64,000 bases of DNA from Cyanophora paradoxa CCMP329 (Eukaryota > Plantae > Glaucophyta). Below the pieces are notes generated by a model. That model did no database searches. It was not told the DNA's origin and was given only the letters and a program-made list of their open reading frames with translations. The stretch covers positions 20,021-84,020 of the forward strand of contig QPMI01000259.1 of assembly GCA_004431415.1 (NCBI GenBank), read 5' to 3'. This document shows, piece by piece, positions 1 through 11,218 of the stretch (its first letter is position 1; each line of letters opens with the position of its first letter). The position numbers were made by a program, and so were the translations under genes.

Positions 1-25
1 CCATTTCCTTGTTCGTTGCTTGCAG

Positions 26-265
26 GACGATGAACTCAAAATTGCAGCCCTCGAGGCTCAACTGCAGCTGGCCGTGGCGCATCAGAGCCCTAAGCCAGGA
101 GACGAAGCCACCATCCGTCCTGCCAAGCGCCCAGCGGACGTGGCGTCATCCCCCCTTCCCCAGAAGAAAGCTGCTCAAGAGAATGCTAATGCCCTTCCCC
201 CCGTTGGAGGTTCGAAGGAAGCGGCAGGCCCTCGAGCGCCGCTTCGAGTCATGTCCGCAAAGTGA
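26..265 (+). CDS. Terminal exon of an upstream gene (unknown; coiled-coil/low-complexity C-terminus), partial
   Basis: Pyrimidine-rich tract + CAG acceptor at 23-25, then DDELKIAALEAQLQLAVAHQ...RVMSAK*. Confidence 0.55.
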   Translation, partial: DDELKIAALEAQLQLAVAHQSPKPGDEATIRPAKRPADVASSPLPQKKAAQENANALPPVGGSKEAAGPRAPLRVMSAK

Positions 266-402
266 CCCTATGTGGTGTACGCTAGCTAGCTGCATCTGTG
301 AACTACGCCTGTATGAGCGAAGATACACTACTTTGGATATTTCCTCCTATGAGAACGCATTAGAGGGCTCCCTATTTCCTTTTCATTCATATCAGAGAGG
401 CG

Positions 403-750
403 ATTAGAGGGCTGGGCGACAGTCAATAATATAAGGTTGGACTGGACGTTTCTTTTTTGATTGCGATTACGATGAGAGGGCTGGGCGACCGCTAAGGTTG
501 GCCGTCTTTTGATTGGACGTTAGAGGGCTGGGCGATATGTAGCTAATTTTATAAGGTTGGACGTCGACATCTTTGATGTTGATTACGATATCGACTGGGG
601 GTCGGGCGAATTTCGAATTCGAAGCTAGCCCGTATAGGTAAGCCTTGAAGATTGGACGTCTAGATCTTTGATTTCCGAGTTCGATTACGAGAAGGGGTCG
701 CCGAGTCGGGCCCCGGGGCGAAGCTAATTTTAGGGTCTTTGATTTTCGTC
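403..750 (+). repeat. Degenerate minisatellite (AGAGGGCTGGGCGA...TAAGGTTGGACGTCTTTGATTGCGATTACGA-like units)
   Basis: 4-5 recurrences of GAGGGCTGGGCGA, TTGGACGT and GATTACGA; same motifs at 4952-5088 and, inverted, 19600-19852. Confidence 0.75.
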
Positions 751-781
751 TAGGCCTGGGAGGCCCTGAGGGATCCGGAAC

Positions 782-929
782 GGCCGGGCCCATGGCCAGC
801 TGCAGGGGCGGTAACGGTGAGGGCCGCACCGTGGCACCTTAAGCTTCGAATTTTTATGTGTATACGTAGCCCAGACAGGCGTAGGTCACAGCTGCAGATG
901 CATATGCATATGCATGCAGCTAGCTATCC
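782..929 (+). repeat. Expanded copy of the 80-bp segment at 2821-2900
   Basis: Collinear blocks GGCCGGGCC / AACGG(T/C)GAGGGCCGCACC / TATGTGT / GCCCA(G/C)ACAGGC / TAGGTCACAG / ATGCAGCTAGCTATCC shared. Confidence 0.8.
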
Positions 930-1169
930 CCCCCACTGGGCCAGCCTGGAAATGGAGCCCCAGAGGAACTCGGAACAGGCGCTCGAATCGATACTATGAT
1001 ATCAGCGGAAAGCGGAAGAGGAACTTCGGAATCAAAGAATTCGAAAGCGGAAGAGGGACCGGCCGTACCGGAGCTCGAACTCGGAAAGCGGAAACAGCCT
1101 GGAAACGTTAACAGCCTGGCAGATCTAGCTATCATAGTATATATATATATAGAATCCCCTTACAAGTTA

Positions 1170-2491
1170 GGGGCTCCCTCCACCACCCCGAGACGACCCC
1201 TGCCGCCACAAGACGCGATGCAGCACCACTGGCCATGGGCCACGCCGTGCGGGCACCTAGGCCTATATAGCTAGCTAGCGCTAGCGCTAGCTAGACCTAG
1301 AGTGTCCGCGGGGAGGCGCATGCACATATGCATTACTCTCCTTAGGCCTAGGCCTAGGGGTATCAGGGCAATCAGGGACACAAGAGCGCATTCTGCTAGA
1401 AAGATAATTGCATAACTCGGTTGGGGAGTGTGTGTTGTGCTATGGCGGGGCGAGGGGGGGAGCGCGCTACGCGCCAGCTGGCATAATTAAAGAGGCCCTT
1501 ACATAGAGCAGTTCGGCTTTTCGGCTCGTGATGGAGCGCGCACGGGATCGCGTTGACATGCGGCGGCGGCGCGAGGGCGACGAACCGCCAGATGCGCCGC
1601 GCCGGCTATCGATCGCCCGCGGTGAGCGAACCGAGCACGATGCAAAGTGAGCCACGGACCTATAACAGTAGCTGTACATGTGCCGCGATGTGCGGCGTGT
1701 AGTCGCCGTGTACTGCGGCGGCGAGCGGGGCCAGATGGAGGCGCCAGATATAGCGGCGGCGCCTGGGGAGTGCGACGCGCTCGAGCGTTTCGCACACCGG
1801 GCGATGTGTGGCTGGAGCTGGTGCCTCGTAACGCTGTCCCCCCCGGTTTTGGGCAGCCCCAAAACCGGCGCTGGCGCGGCGGCGGCAGCGCGGAGGACCC
1901 GAAGCGGTACACAGCGCAATCGTTGCGCTGTACCGCGCATGCATAACGCGACCAGAGCGCTAGCAGCGCGGACTGCATGACGGAATCGCTGTCCCCCCCC
2001 TCCGCAAGCGGGCGCGCGGGACCTTGGCGCGCGGGCGCGCAGCGGGGATCCGCTAGCAAAAAGGACCTATGCGCGCCGATTCCCTAGCACTCGTGTAGCT
2101 GTCTTGCCGATCCCGCGCCGCGAATCCCGCGCCCGCAGTGGTCGAAAATCGATGGTAACGGCGCTAGACGCCACCACTTGCGAACTGCTCTATGTAAGGG
2201 CCTCTTTAATTATGCCAGCTGGCGCGTAGCGCGCTCCCCCCCTCGCCCCGCCATGCCACAACACGTGCACACACTCCCCAACCGAGTTATGCAATTAACT
2301 TTCTGGGTAGTATGCGCACCTAGGTCCCTAGCATAGGGGGCCACGCAGGGCCCGGGCCCGGCGCCCGACTGGCCAGTTCGCTGCTGGGCTGGACCCGCAC
2401 GGCCGCGGTCGCGCGCGGCGGCCGCAGTGTACGTACACCCCACACTGTGAGACTTGTAGCCCGGACTTGCGGTTTGAATTCGTGTCCAAAT
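1170..2491 (+). mobile_element. Dispersed repeat family, copy A (5' core 1170-1346 and 3' part 2334-2491, split by a TIR element)
   Basis: Matches the uninterrupted copy at 5088-5367 on both sides of the insertion (ACTCTCCTTA|GGGGGCCACGCAGGG). Confidence 0.8.
1375..2328. mobile_element. Non-autonomous DNA transposon / MITE-like element with ~140-bp terminal inverted repeats
   Basis: 1375-1515 is the reverse complement of 2181-2328 (near-perfect over ~115 bp, degenerate at the outer GGGAC...GTCCC ends); no transposase ORF inside. Confidence 0.8.
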
Positions 2492-2533
2492 ATTAATGCT
2501 ATCCACTAATAGCATTGGATATAGTATAGTATA

Positions 2534-2708
2534 GCTTGCGTGTACTATACTGGCAACACATCGCTTCAAGATTTGAGATGCGTACGGGCTACAGCAGATC
2601 ACGTGAATCAACGCCTACGCATGCTTGCGTGTACTATACTGGCAACACATCGCTTCAAGATTTGAGATGCGTACGGGCTACAGCAGATCACGTGAATCAA
2701 CGCCTACG
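2534..2708 (+). repeat. Tandem duplication, 89-bp period, 2 copies
   Basis: GCTTGCGTGTACTATACTGGCAAC...AACGCCTACG starts at 2534 and 2623. Confidence 0.95.
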
Positions 2709-3059
2709 TATGCGCAGGCAAATCGAAATTGAAAATCGAAATCTATCGCTCGAAAATCCCGCGCGGCCTAGGCCGTTGCGGGGGTGGAACGGTACTCTCC
2801 TTACGGGCCTCACAGGGAATGGCCGGGCCGGCAACGGCGAGGGCCGCACCTTCCTATGTGTCGCCCACACAGGCTAGGTCACAGATGCAGCTAGCTATCC
2901 GCTAGCTTGCGTGTCTACGTCGAACGCAATCAGCACGAGATCCCCACCTGTCGGCAACTCCTCGTTGGCGCTGTGCGTGCGGTGGGGCTGCGGACACACA
3001 ATCCGTCACAATCGGGAGATGACCGAGCTCTGAACACACACGATCCACTGAAGCGCACC

Positions 3060-3254
3060 TCAATCGGAGTCATTTCCTTTCGCGCTGTCCTTGCCGTTCG
3101 CCCACCGCAGTTCATCTCGAACGGAGATGAGCGAGGTCTTAACATCCGTCGGCAGCACACCCCACAAGCCGCTCTGCTCAACATCCTTCACGAAGCGCTC
3201 CATCTTCGCGAGCGCGCGGGCCCCCGAGATGCGTTTGTTGCGTGCGCACTCCAT
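3060..3254 (-). CDS. Candidate 64-aa small protein
   Basis: ATG-initiated intronless ORF with protein-like composition, head-to-head (220 bp) with the gene at 3475; no recognised homology. Confidence 0.3.
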   Translation of the reverse strand: MECARNKRISGARALAKMERFVKDVEQSGLWGVLPTDVKTSLISVRDELRWANGKDSAKGNDSD

Positions 3255-3474
3255 ACCTACGTGCTGCAGCTGGAGAGCGGCTCTGCAGCGCAGCCGCAGC
3301 CGCAGCTGGCGCAGCCGCCGCAGCGGAAAGGGGGCTACACGTTCACTAAGCTCGAAGCCTTGAAGCCTGACCCGGTTCGCTGCCGGGAAGAAAGTGCGGT
3401 ATCGTTATATCAGATCGCAGGGAGCCGCTTCGTTAGCTAGAGCGGTCGTACGTGTCGCTGCGCGTGCGCTGAGG

Positions 3475-4913
3475 ATGGGAGGCGAGCGCGGCGAGCTCAA
3501 GGAGCGGGAGAGCGAGAGGTCAAAAGAGCGTGATAGGTCGAAAGATCGCAGCGAAGAAAGCGAAAGATCAAAAGAGCGCGGTCACAGGAAACGCTCAAAG
3601 AGCAGAAGCAGGAGCAGGAGCCGCGACCGAAGCCGCGAGCGCGGCAGATCGTCGAGCTCTTCGTCTTCGTCTTCTTCTTCGTCCTCGGACGAGAGGCGCA
3701 AACGCAAGGTTCGGAAACAACGGAATGTGCCGCGTCGCCGTCCCGACCACGCTTCACAGGAGAGAAAGAAGAGAAAAAAGGAGAAGAAGGAGAAGCGCAA
3801 AGCTGAGAAAAAAGTTGATTCGATTTGATCAACTTGTCTCCGATTTTTGTCCCCGATTCGACTCGCAGGCCCGCAAGGAGCGCAAAACAAAATCCAAAGA
3901 AGGTGTTAGGGTTGGGGTTAGGGTTAGGGTTAGGGTTCGGTCATCCTGGCTCGTTCACACGCTGATTCTCGTTTCAGCTGACTCCGGTCCGCGCCGAGGC
4001 GTCTACGGCTCGTACGGCGTGATCACGGAGTCCGACGTCTTCCGCTTGAGACCAGAGTTTGAGAGCTGGTTAATGGGTGCGTGTTCTAACAACGGAGCCG
4101 AGCCTGACCAGTTCGCTGGTAGGCTGGGCCCGCGGCCGCGGTGGCCGCAGTGTACATCCCACACTTGTAGCCCGGACCTGCGTTTTAGTACGTGTCCAAA
4201 TGCGAGCCGAACTGATTTCAGCGGTAGAGCACAAGCACGTGCAACCGGAATCCCTCAAGCCAATGGAGGCAAAAAAGCTTTTCGTAGATTATATGGTGAG
4301 CTCACTTAAACTGCTCCCTTTTCTTTCCACAACTAGTGGATCCCTAGCGGGCCTTGCACACCCCATTAGGGTCCTCTGCAGTCTTTTCATACCCAGTCTT
4401 GCTGACGTGGGCTTGTCTTCTACTCTGTGTCAGGAGGACTTCAACACGGCTACCATGCCCCACGAGAAATTGTGATCCCCTGATTTGTATTCCGCACCTC
4501 TCGCTGATTGAATCGCAGCTATAATTTGGAGAGATGGGAACATAAACAGAGGGTTGTCGAGTTTCAGCGCAAGAAGAACGAAATGCAAGGGCTCCACGAT
4601 GATGGCCAGGGTCGCGTTGTTTTTGACGACGAGGAAGAACTAAGAGCTCAACGGAAAAGAGGCGAGCCCGCTCTTGCTCTAGCTTCTTGCCACTCATCGT
4701 TTGAAAACTCGCAGCAAGGGAACAACGCGAGGAACTAGAGCAAAAGGCTCGTATCGCCGAGGCTCGCCAGGCAGCGGTGAGTTGTTTTATCATCTAAAAA
4801 CGCAGTTTTGCCTTGTCTTCCGCTGATGCATGTACACCTTGCAGCTCGATCGTGAGAGAGAGAGCATAATGCGCATCGCGGAAGCCGCCACAACTCGCCT
4901 CAAGAAGAAGTGA
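3475..4913 (+). CDS. Conserved RS/lysine-rich uncharacterised nuclear protein (multi-exon)
   Basis: RS repeats and KE-rich tract, then YGSYGVITESD..RPEFESWL..KKLFVDYM|EDFNTATMPHEK|FYNLERWE, a motif I recognise from a conserved plant/fungal/protist family; ~8 short introns. Confidence 0.8.
3906..3937 (+). repeat. Interstitial telomere-like (TTAGGG)n inside an intron
   Basis: TTAGGG TTGGGG TTAGGG TTAGGG TTAGGG TT just after the donor at 3903. Confidence 0.85.
4102..4203 (+). mobile_element. Dispersed repeat family, copy D (3' part only) inside intron 4077-4221
   Basis: CCAGTTCGCTGG...GTGTACATCCCACACTTGTAGCCCGGAC...GTCCAAATGC as in the other copies. Confidence 0.85.
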
Positions 4914-4951
4914 AAGCCATATAACCACCTGTCACCCCCTGTCAGAGATTT

Positions 4952-5367
4952 GTGATTACGATTAGGACGTCTTGCTCGCTCTGACCAGGCGCTGGGCAAA
5001 AAAGAAGAGAGACGGCTTTGATTTGCGATTACGATTAGGACGTCTTTGATTTGCGATTACGATTAGGACGTCTTTGATTTGCGATTACAGGCCCCCAGGG
5101 CCCGTAGGGGCTCCCGCCACCGCCCTGAGACGACCCCCGCCGCCACAAGACGCGATGCATATGAAGCACCCGCCGTGCAGACACCGGTACCTGTATACGC
5201 TACAGCTAGCTAGAATGTCCGCAGGGAGGCGCATTACTCTCCTTAGGGGGCCACGCAGGGCCCGGCTGGCCAGTTTGCTGGTGGGCTGGGCCCGTGGTCG
5301 CGGCGGCCGCATTGTACATCCCACACTTGTAGCCTGGACTTGGCGGTTTGAATTCGCGTCCAAATGC
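4952..5367 (+). mobile_element. Dispersed repeat family, copy B, preceded by 28-bp minisatellite (CTTTGATTTGCGATTACGATTAGGACGT x~3)
   Basis: Direct similarity to 1170-1346+2334-2491, 11096-11218 and reverse complement of 19984-20265. Confidence 0.85.
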
Positions 5368-5515
5368 TAGCATCCTAGCATCAAATGCACCCCCGGCGCC
5401 CACATTCCAACACCCACATGCATGATCATGAGCGCAAGCGAGGCGCCCCCTCCAACAATCACAGAACTCTGTTCGGTTCAACACTGGCCTCGGTTTGGAT
5501 CAACAATCACAGAAC

Positions 5516-8500
5516 TCAGAAGCGCAGCCACCGTCCACTGCTGGACTGGGTCATGGGCGGGGCACCGGCCCCGTACGAGGGCACTGCAGATGGCTGATAC
5601 GCCGATGGTTGATAAGCTCCACCAATAGGGGCGGCCATGTTCGGGGCCATGCCTGCGCCGGCCGGGATGTACTGCACCATGCAATTCACCTGTGTGAATC
5701 CACGTTAGAAAACACCATCTGACAGAGCGTAGTGCACACCTGGCCAGGCGCCGTAGTCCGGCCATCAAGGGCAGTCAGGGGGAACCACTGTAGGACATGT
5801 GAAAAGCGGTTACACGTAGAAAATTACGAAAACACGCACGCGCTGGATGGGAGCGCCAGTAAGCAGTGTCTGGACGGGAATCCGGAATTGGCCGAGCAAG
5901 TCATCTGTCATCCAACGATCCTCGTCCCTGCACACGAGGCCAGTCACAGATACGTCAAGTGTTCACCACACAGTGGGCAGACCAAATCTGTACAAGCATC
6001 TCAGTCTCATCCACACCCTCCTTGAAGTCACTGCAAGGAGCGGCGTTACTGGAGGTGAAACTGAGCATGCTCTTCAGACGCACATCTGGAATTCTTCATT
6101 CCAAACTGGGTTGGTGTTCCCCTTGACAGTCTTCGTCCGCTTCGTCTTTGCTCCGAGCTGCAGTACCAGTCTCATCCAACCAGCAGACACAAGGGGAAAA
6201 AATTCACCTTGACGATTGCATAAGGATCTGACTTGCCAAACGTATCCGCATCCTTCAAACCACGTGCTTCAAGCATGCGAATCACGATGGTTCCTTGACG
6301 TAGACCACCAGCAGCAAATGGCTGAGGAGCGTTGAAACCAATATTTGTACCAGGGGGACCTTGCGGAGTCGGGGCTCCAAACGCGGAGGCAGAGGCCCCA
6401 GGAATGAACTGGAGAACGACGTGGACCTGCGGGCAGCAGATGAGCCCCACAATTCTGAGCCCCTGTTCTCCACCCGCCTCACGTCTCCGTGGTGCACCTG
6501 TCCTTGGGCAGGGGCCCGGCCGTCGATGGACGCGAGCGGGAACCACTGGTCCAGAGGCTGGCCGCCGATGAGGGCCTGCACCGGGAGGCGCATCTGGCCA
6601 AGGAAATCGTCGCGCATGCCAACGTCCTCGTCCCTGTCAGGCAGTGGTCAGCCCGCATCCTGAGCACCACCCCCTTGCACAACGGACCAGATCTGGAGGT
6701 GCAGCTCCGTCTCGTCGACACCCTCCTTGAAGTCCCTGCAAGCGCCCCGTGAGCGTTGCTGCTGTTCGACTGCACGCGCCCCCGCAACGCACAGTGCGAG
6801 CTCCTCGTTCCACACGGGGTTGAGGTTGTTCGGGATCGTCTTCGTCCGCTTCGTCTTCGCTCCGAGCTGCGCCCAAAATTTTCAGTACGAAGGTGCAAGC
6901 TGCGCGGCCGGGCAGCATGGGCAGGCCGCGCACCTTCAATACGGCGTACGGGTCAGACTTGCCGAACGTGTCCGCGTCCTTCAGGCCACGTGCCTCCAGG
7001 ACGCGCGCGACAATCACTCCCTGGCGTAGGCCGCCGCCGGCCGTGAACGGAGCCGGCATGCCGCGCGGGGCGAACCCTCCCGCCGGCTGGCCGTACGCGT
7101 TCGGAGCACCCTGGGGCGCAGTCGCCCCAGGAATGAACTGGAAAACAACGTGGACCTGCGGGCAGCAGATGAGCCCCACAATTCTGAGCCCCTGTTCTCC
7201 ACCCGCCTCACGTCTCCGTGGTGCACCTGTCCTTGGGCAGGGGCCCGGCCGTCGATGGACGCGAGCGGGAACCACTGGTCCAGAGGCTGGCCGCCGATGA
7301 GGGCCTGCACTGGGAGGCGCATCTGGCCAAGGAAATCGTCGCGCATGCCAACGTCCTCGTCCCTGTCAGGCAGTGGTCAGCCCGCATCCTGAGCACCGTC
7401 CCCCTAGCACGACGGACCAGATCTGGAGGTGCAGCTCCGTCTCGTCGACACCCTCCTTGAAGTCCCTGCAAGCGCCCCGTGAGCGTTGCTGCTGTTCGAC
7501 TGCACGCGCCCCCGCAACGCACAGTGCGAGCTCCTCGTTCCACACGGGGTTGAGGTTGTTCGGGATCGTCTTCGTCCGCTTCGTCTTCGCTCCGAGCTGC
7601 GCCCAAAATATTCAGTACGAAGGTGCAAGCTGCGCGGCCGGGCAGCATGGGCAGGTCGCGCACCTTCAATACGGCGTACGGGTCAGACTTGCCGAACGCG
7701 TCCGCGTCCTTCAGGCCACGTGCCTCCAGGACGCGCGCGACAATCACTCCCTGGCGTAGGCCGCCGCCGGCCGTGAACGGAGCCGGCATGCCGCGCGGGG
7801 CGAACCCTCCCGCCGGCTGGCCGTACGCGTTCGGAGCACCCTGGGGCGCAGTCGCCCCAGGAATGAACTGGAAAACAACGTGGACCTGCGGGCAGCAGAT
7901 GAGCCCCACAATTCTGAGCCCCTGTTCTCCACCCGCCTCACGTCTCCGTGGTGCACCTGTCCTTGGGCAGGGGCCCGGCCGTCGATGGACGCGAGCGGGA
8001 ACCACTGGTCCAGAGGCTGGCCGCCGATGAGGGCCTGCACTGGGAGGCGCATCTGGCCAAGGAAATCGTCGCGCATGCCAACGTCCTCGTCCCTGTCAGG
8101 CAGTGGTCAGCCCGCATCCTGAGCACCGCCCCCCTAGCACGACGGACCAGATCTGGAGGTGCAGCTCCGTCTCGTCGACACCCTCCTTGAAGTCCCTGCA
8201 AGCGCCCCGTGAGCGTTGCTGCTGTTCGACTGCACGCGCCCCCGCAACGCACAGTGCGAGCTCCTCGTTCCACACGGGGTTGAGGTTGTTCGGGATCGTC
8301 TTCGTCCGCTTCGTCTTCGCTCCGAGCTGCGCCCAAAATTTTCAGTACGAAGGTGCAAGCTGCGCGGCCGGGCAGCATGGGCAGGTCGCGCACCTTCAAT
8401 ACGGCGTACGGGTCAGACTTGCCGAACGCGTCCGCGTCCTTCAGGCCACGTGCCTCCAGGACGCGCGCGACAATCACACCCTGGCGTAGGCCGCCACCGT

Positions 8501-10772
8501 ACGGGCCGGGTGCCCCTCCGTAGCCCAGACCTACTGCCGTGTTGGGAGCCGGATTCATTCCGACTCCTGCTGTCCGCGGAAGGAACTGGAACATTGCGAG
8601 AACCTGTCGAACGGGAACAGTTAAAGCTCGCACATTTCGAGGCACCGTATGATGTACCTGCCCCGGGAAGGGCCGGCTCCCGTCCATGCTCGAAAGCGAG
8701 AACCACTGCCGGCACTTCTAAGGACGCGATATGATTTCCTGGAATAGCTATCAGAACGTACGCGTTCAAGCGGCTGCCCGTGCATGAGATCCTGCAGGGA
8801 AATACGAAATCCGCCAATAAAATCGTCAGACATGCCCCGATCCTCATCGAAAACCTGCCCGAAGATTAGCTGCTTGTTGTAAAATAACCGGACCTCATCT
8901 TACTTGGACAACAAGCTCTGTCTCGTCGACACCCTCCTTGAAGTCCCTGCAAGCGCCCCGTAAGCGTTGCTGCTGTTCGGCTTCATGCGACCCCGCAACG
9001 CACAGTGCGAGCTCCTCGTTCCACACGGGGTTGAGGTTGTTCGGGATCGTCTTCGTCCGCTTCGACTTCGCTCCGAGCTGCAGGGGGCAATTAACGCTGT
9101 CCAGACGGCTTGCATGCGAAATCTGCAACCTTCACGATGGTGTACGGGTCCGACTTGCCAAACGTGTCCGCGTCCTTCAGGCCGCGCGCCTGCGAGAGTT
9201 CGTTGGACAATGCGAACTCTTCTACAATGCGATGCAGTGACTTGAGCACCTGCATGATTCGGCACACAACCAAGCCCTCACGCATGTTCGACTGGCCCAT
9301 GCCGCGAGGTGCGGCACCCATGGGCATCCCCCGCGCGCCAACGCTTCCGACTCCTCCCGGGGCGGTGGAAACGTACTGCACAACGGCATGCAGCTGGCCT
9401 GGCTCCCCCTTCCGTCCGGTCTTCGACGCCAAAGCAAACCACTGAAGGGACATCGCCATGATTGAGGGTCTTCGTTTTACAGAAGGCAGAAAAGGAATAG
9501 TTGCACACCCGTTCAATAGGGATGCCGGTGAGGAGCGACTGCACCGGAATGGTAACCTGGCCCAAGAAATCGTCCGGCAGACCAACGTCCTCATCCCTTT
9601 TTGCGATTCAGAAATGCACGGCATTGCGAGAGCGCTATGCGATGGAACCACTAACCAGATCTGGATGTTCAACTCCGTCTCGTCGACGCCCTCCTTGAAA
9701 TCCCTGCGAGGAGTGGTGAGAACTGCGTCGGTTCTGCTGCACGCTCCGTCACGGCGCACAGCTGCACTTCCTCGTTCCACACAGGATTAAGGTTGTTTCT
9801 GATTGTGCGGGTCCGCTTGCTCTTCGCACCAAGCTGCAAGAGGTCAGAAAAAAACAGGGCAGCACATGTCGAATTCGAAAGAACCTTAACGACTGCGTAT
9901 GGGTCGGACTTCCCGACCATGTCTGTATCCTTCAGCCCACGAGCCTCGAGAACACGGACGACGATGAGCCCCTGCCGGAGCCCGCCAGATGGGGGAACGC
10001 GGTCGAGCCCCATGGGAGGAGCCGACATGCGACCCGGGATTGCGGCGTACTCCCCGCGCGTTCGAGATTCGTCCAATACGCCGCCCCGGTTTTCGAGCGT
10101 TGCGTTGCGGCGCTCTAACTCCGCGATCCGGCGCTTGAGCTCCGCGATGTCGTTGCTACCAAGACTCAGACGGCTGGACGGCGCGTAGCGATCTACTTCA
10201 CGCTCCACTTCCTTGATTTTCATGCGGGCTCGTTCGACAGCCTCCCTCTCTGCGGCCAGCTGGGTCTGGAGGAGTCGGAGCGTTAGCAGTTAGCGCGGAC
10301 GGCAGGGCTCCACGGCGAACCTTGAGCTGCACGTTCTCTTCTCGAAGCTCCAAGTTGTGTCCAAGAATCTCTGCGCGGACGTTCGCCGTCGACGCCGTCC
10401 GCGGGAAGAGAGGTGCACGGGAACTCACCGCGGACAACGGCGTCCAGGTCCGCCCGGATGCGAGAAAGCTCGACAGCCGGAGCCCGCTGCGAACGCAACA
10501 GTACGTCGGCCGCGCAGCCTAGTGAAGGGACAAAACCCCACGAACCTGGAGCTCGGCCGAGGTCAACTGCGACTGAAGGGCGAGGGCCTTATGAACGAGT
10601 CCCTCCAGCCGGTTTCCAGCCCCCGACGGTGTCGGAGCCTGCAAGGCAGGCCCGAGGCGTTAAAGACTTGTATACGAACGGCGACCACCGTACGAACCGC
10701 AGGAGCCAGGGCTGCATCGCGATATCCACCGGCGCCATAGGCCGGCGCCAGGTAGCTGCCTCCGTAGGACAT
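5516..10772 (-). CDS. Soluble protein with N-terminal coiled coil and six C2 domains (multi-exon)
   Basis: Six repeats of VRVLEARGLKDADTFGKSDPYAVLK|LGAKTKRTKTIPNNLNPVWNEE..DEDVG..DDFLG separated by G/P/A-rich linkers; ends ...SSGRWLRF*. Confidence 0.85.
6396..8495. repeat. Near-identical tandem repeat, 729-730 bp period, ~2.9 copies, one C2 domain plus introns per unit
   Basis: CCCCAGGAATGAACTGGA at ~6396, ~7125, ~7855; introns almost identical between units. Confidence 0.95.
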
Positions 10773-11095
10773 TGTGTCCCGGGTTTGCTGCCCCTGTACC
10801 CCCGGAGTTCAGGGAGCCTGAGGGGGGTGACGAAGTGACCTTAAGCTTCGTGCATGATCGAGCTGCGCATGCAGCCGCGTGCAGTCCAATGCTAACTAAT
10901 GTAATGTAATAAAGCGATAGCTATAGCTATAGCTACATACATTCGTGGTGGTGCTTATGTAGTACTACGGTATACGTAATCTGCCTGAGGAAGGGCTCGC
11001 GTCTGATAACCTATAGCTAGTTGACGTCGGCGCCGGCCATGTTGGGGTATAGGCCTACCTAAAAGGCCTCGTTTTCATCAGCAGACTCCGGTCCG

Positions 11096-11218
11096 TTAGG
11101 GGGCCACGCAGGGCCCGGCTGGCCAGTTCGCCGGTGGGCTGGGCTCGAGCCGCGGCGGCAGCAGTGTACATCCCACACTTGTAGCCCGGACTTGCGGTTT
11201 GAATTCGCGTCCAAATGC
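11096..11218 (+). mobile_element. Dispersed repeat family, copy C (3' part)
   Basis: TTAGGGGGCCACGCAGGGCCCGG...GAATTCGCGTCCAAATGC. Confidence 0.85.

Noticed and set aside
1516-2180. Transposase or captured gene inside the TIR element
   Set aside because: No recognisable domain in any frame
5240-5367. tRNA gene/tRNA-SINE (GGTTTGAATTC resembles a B box) or HDV/CPEB3-like ribozyme (starts GGGGGCCAC)
   Set aside because: No A box or acceptor stem, two copies lack the B-box-like loop, and I could not build the nested double pseudoknot
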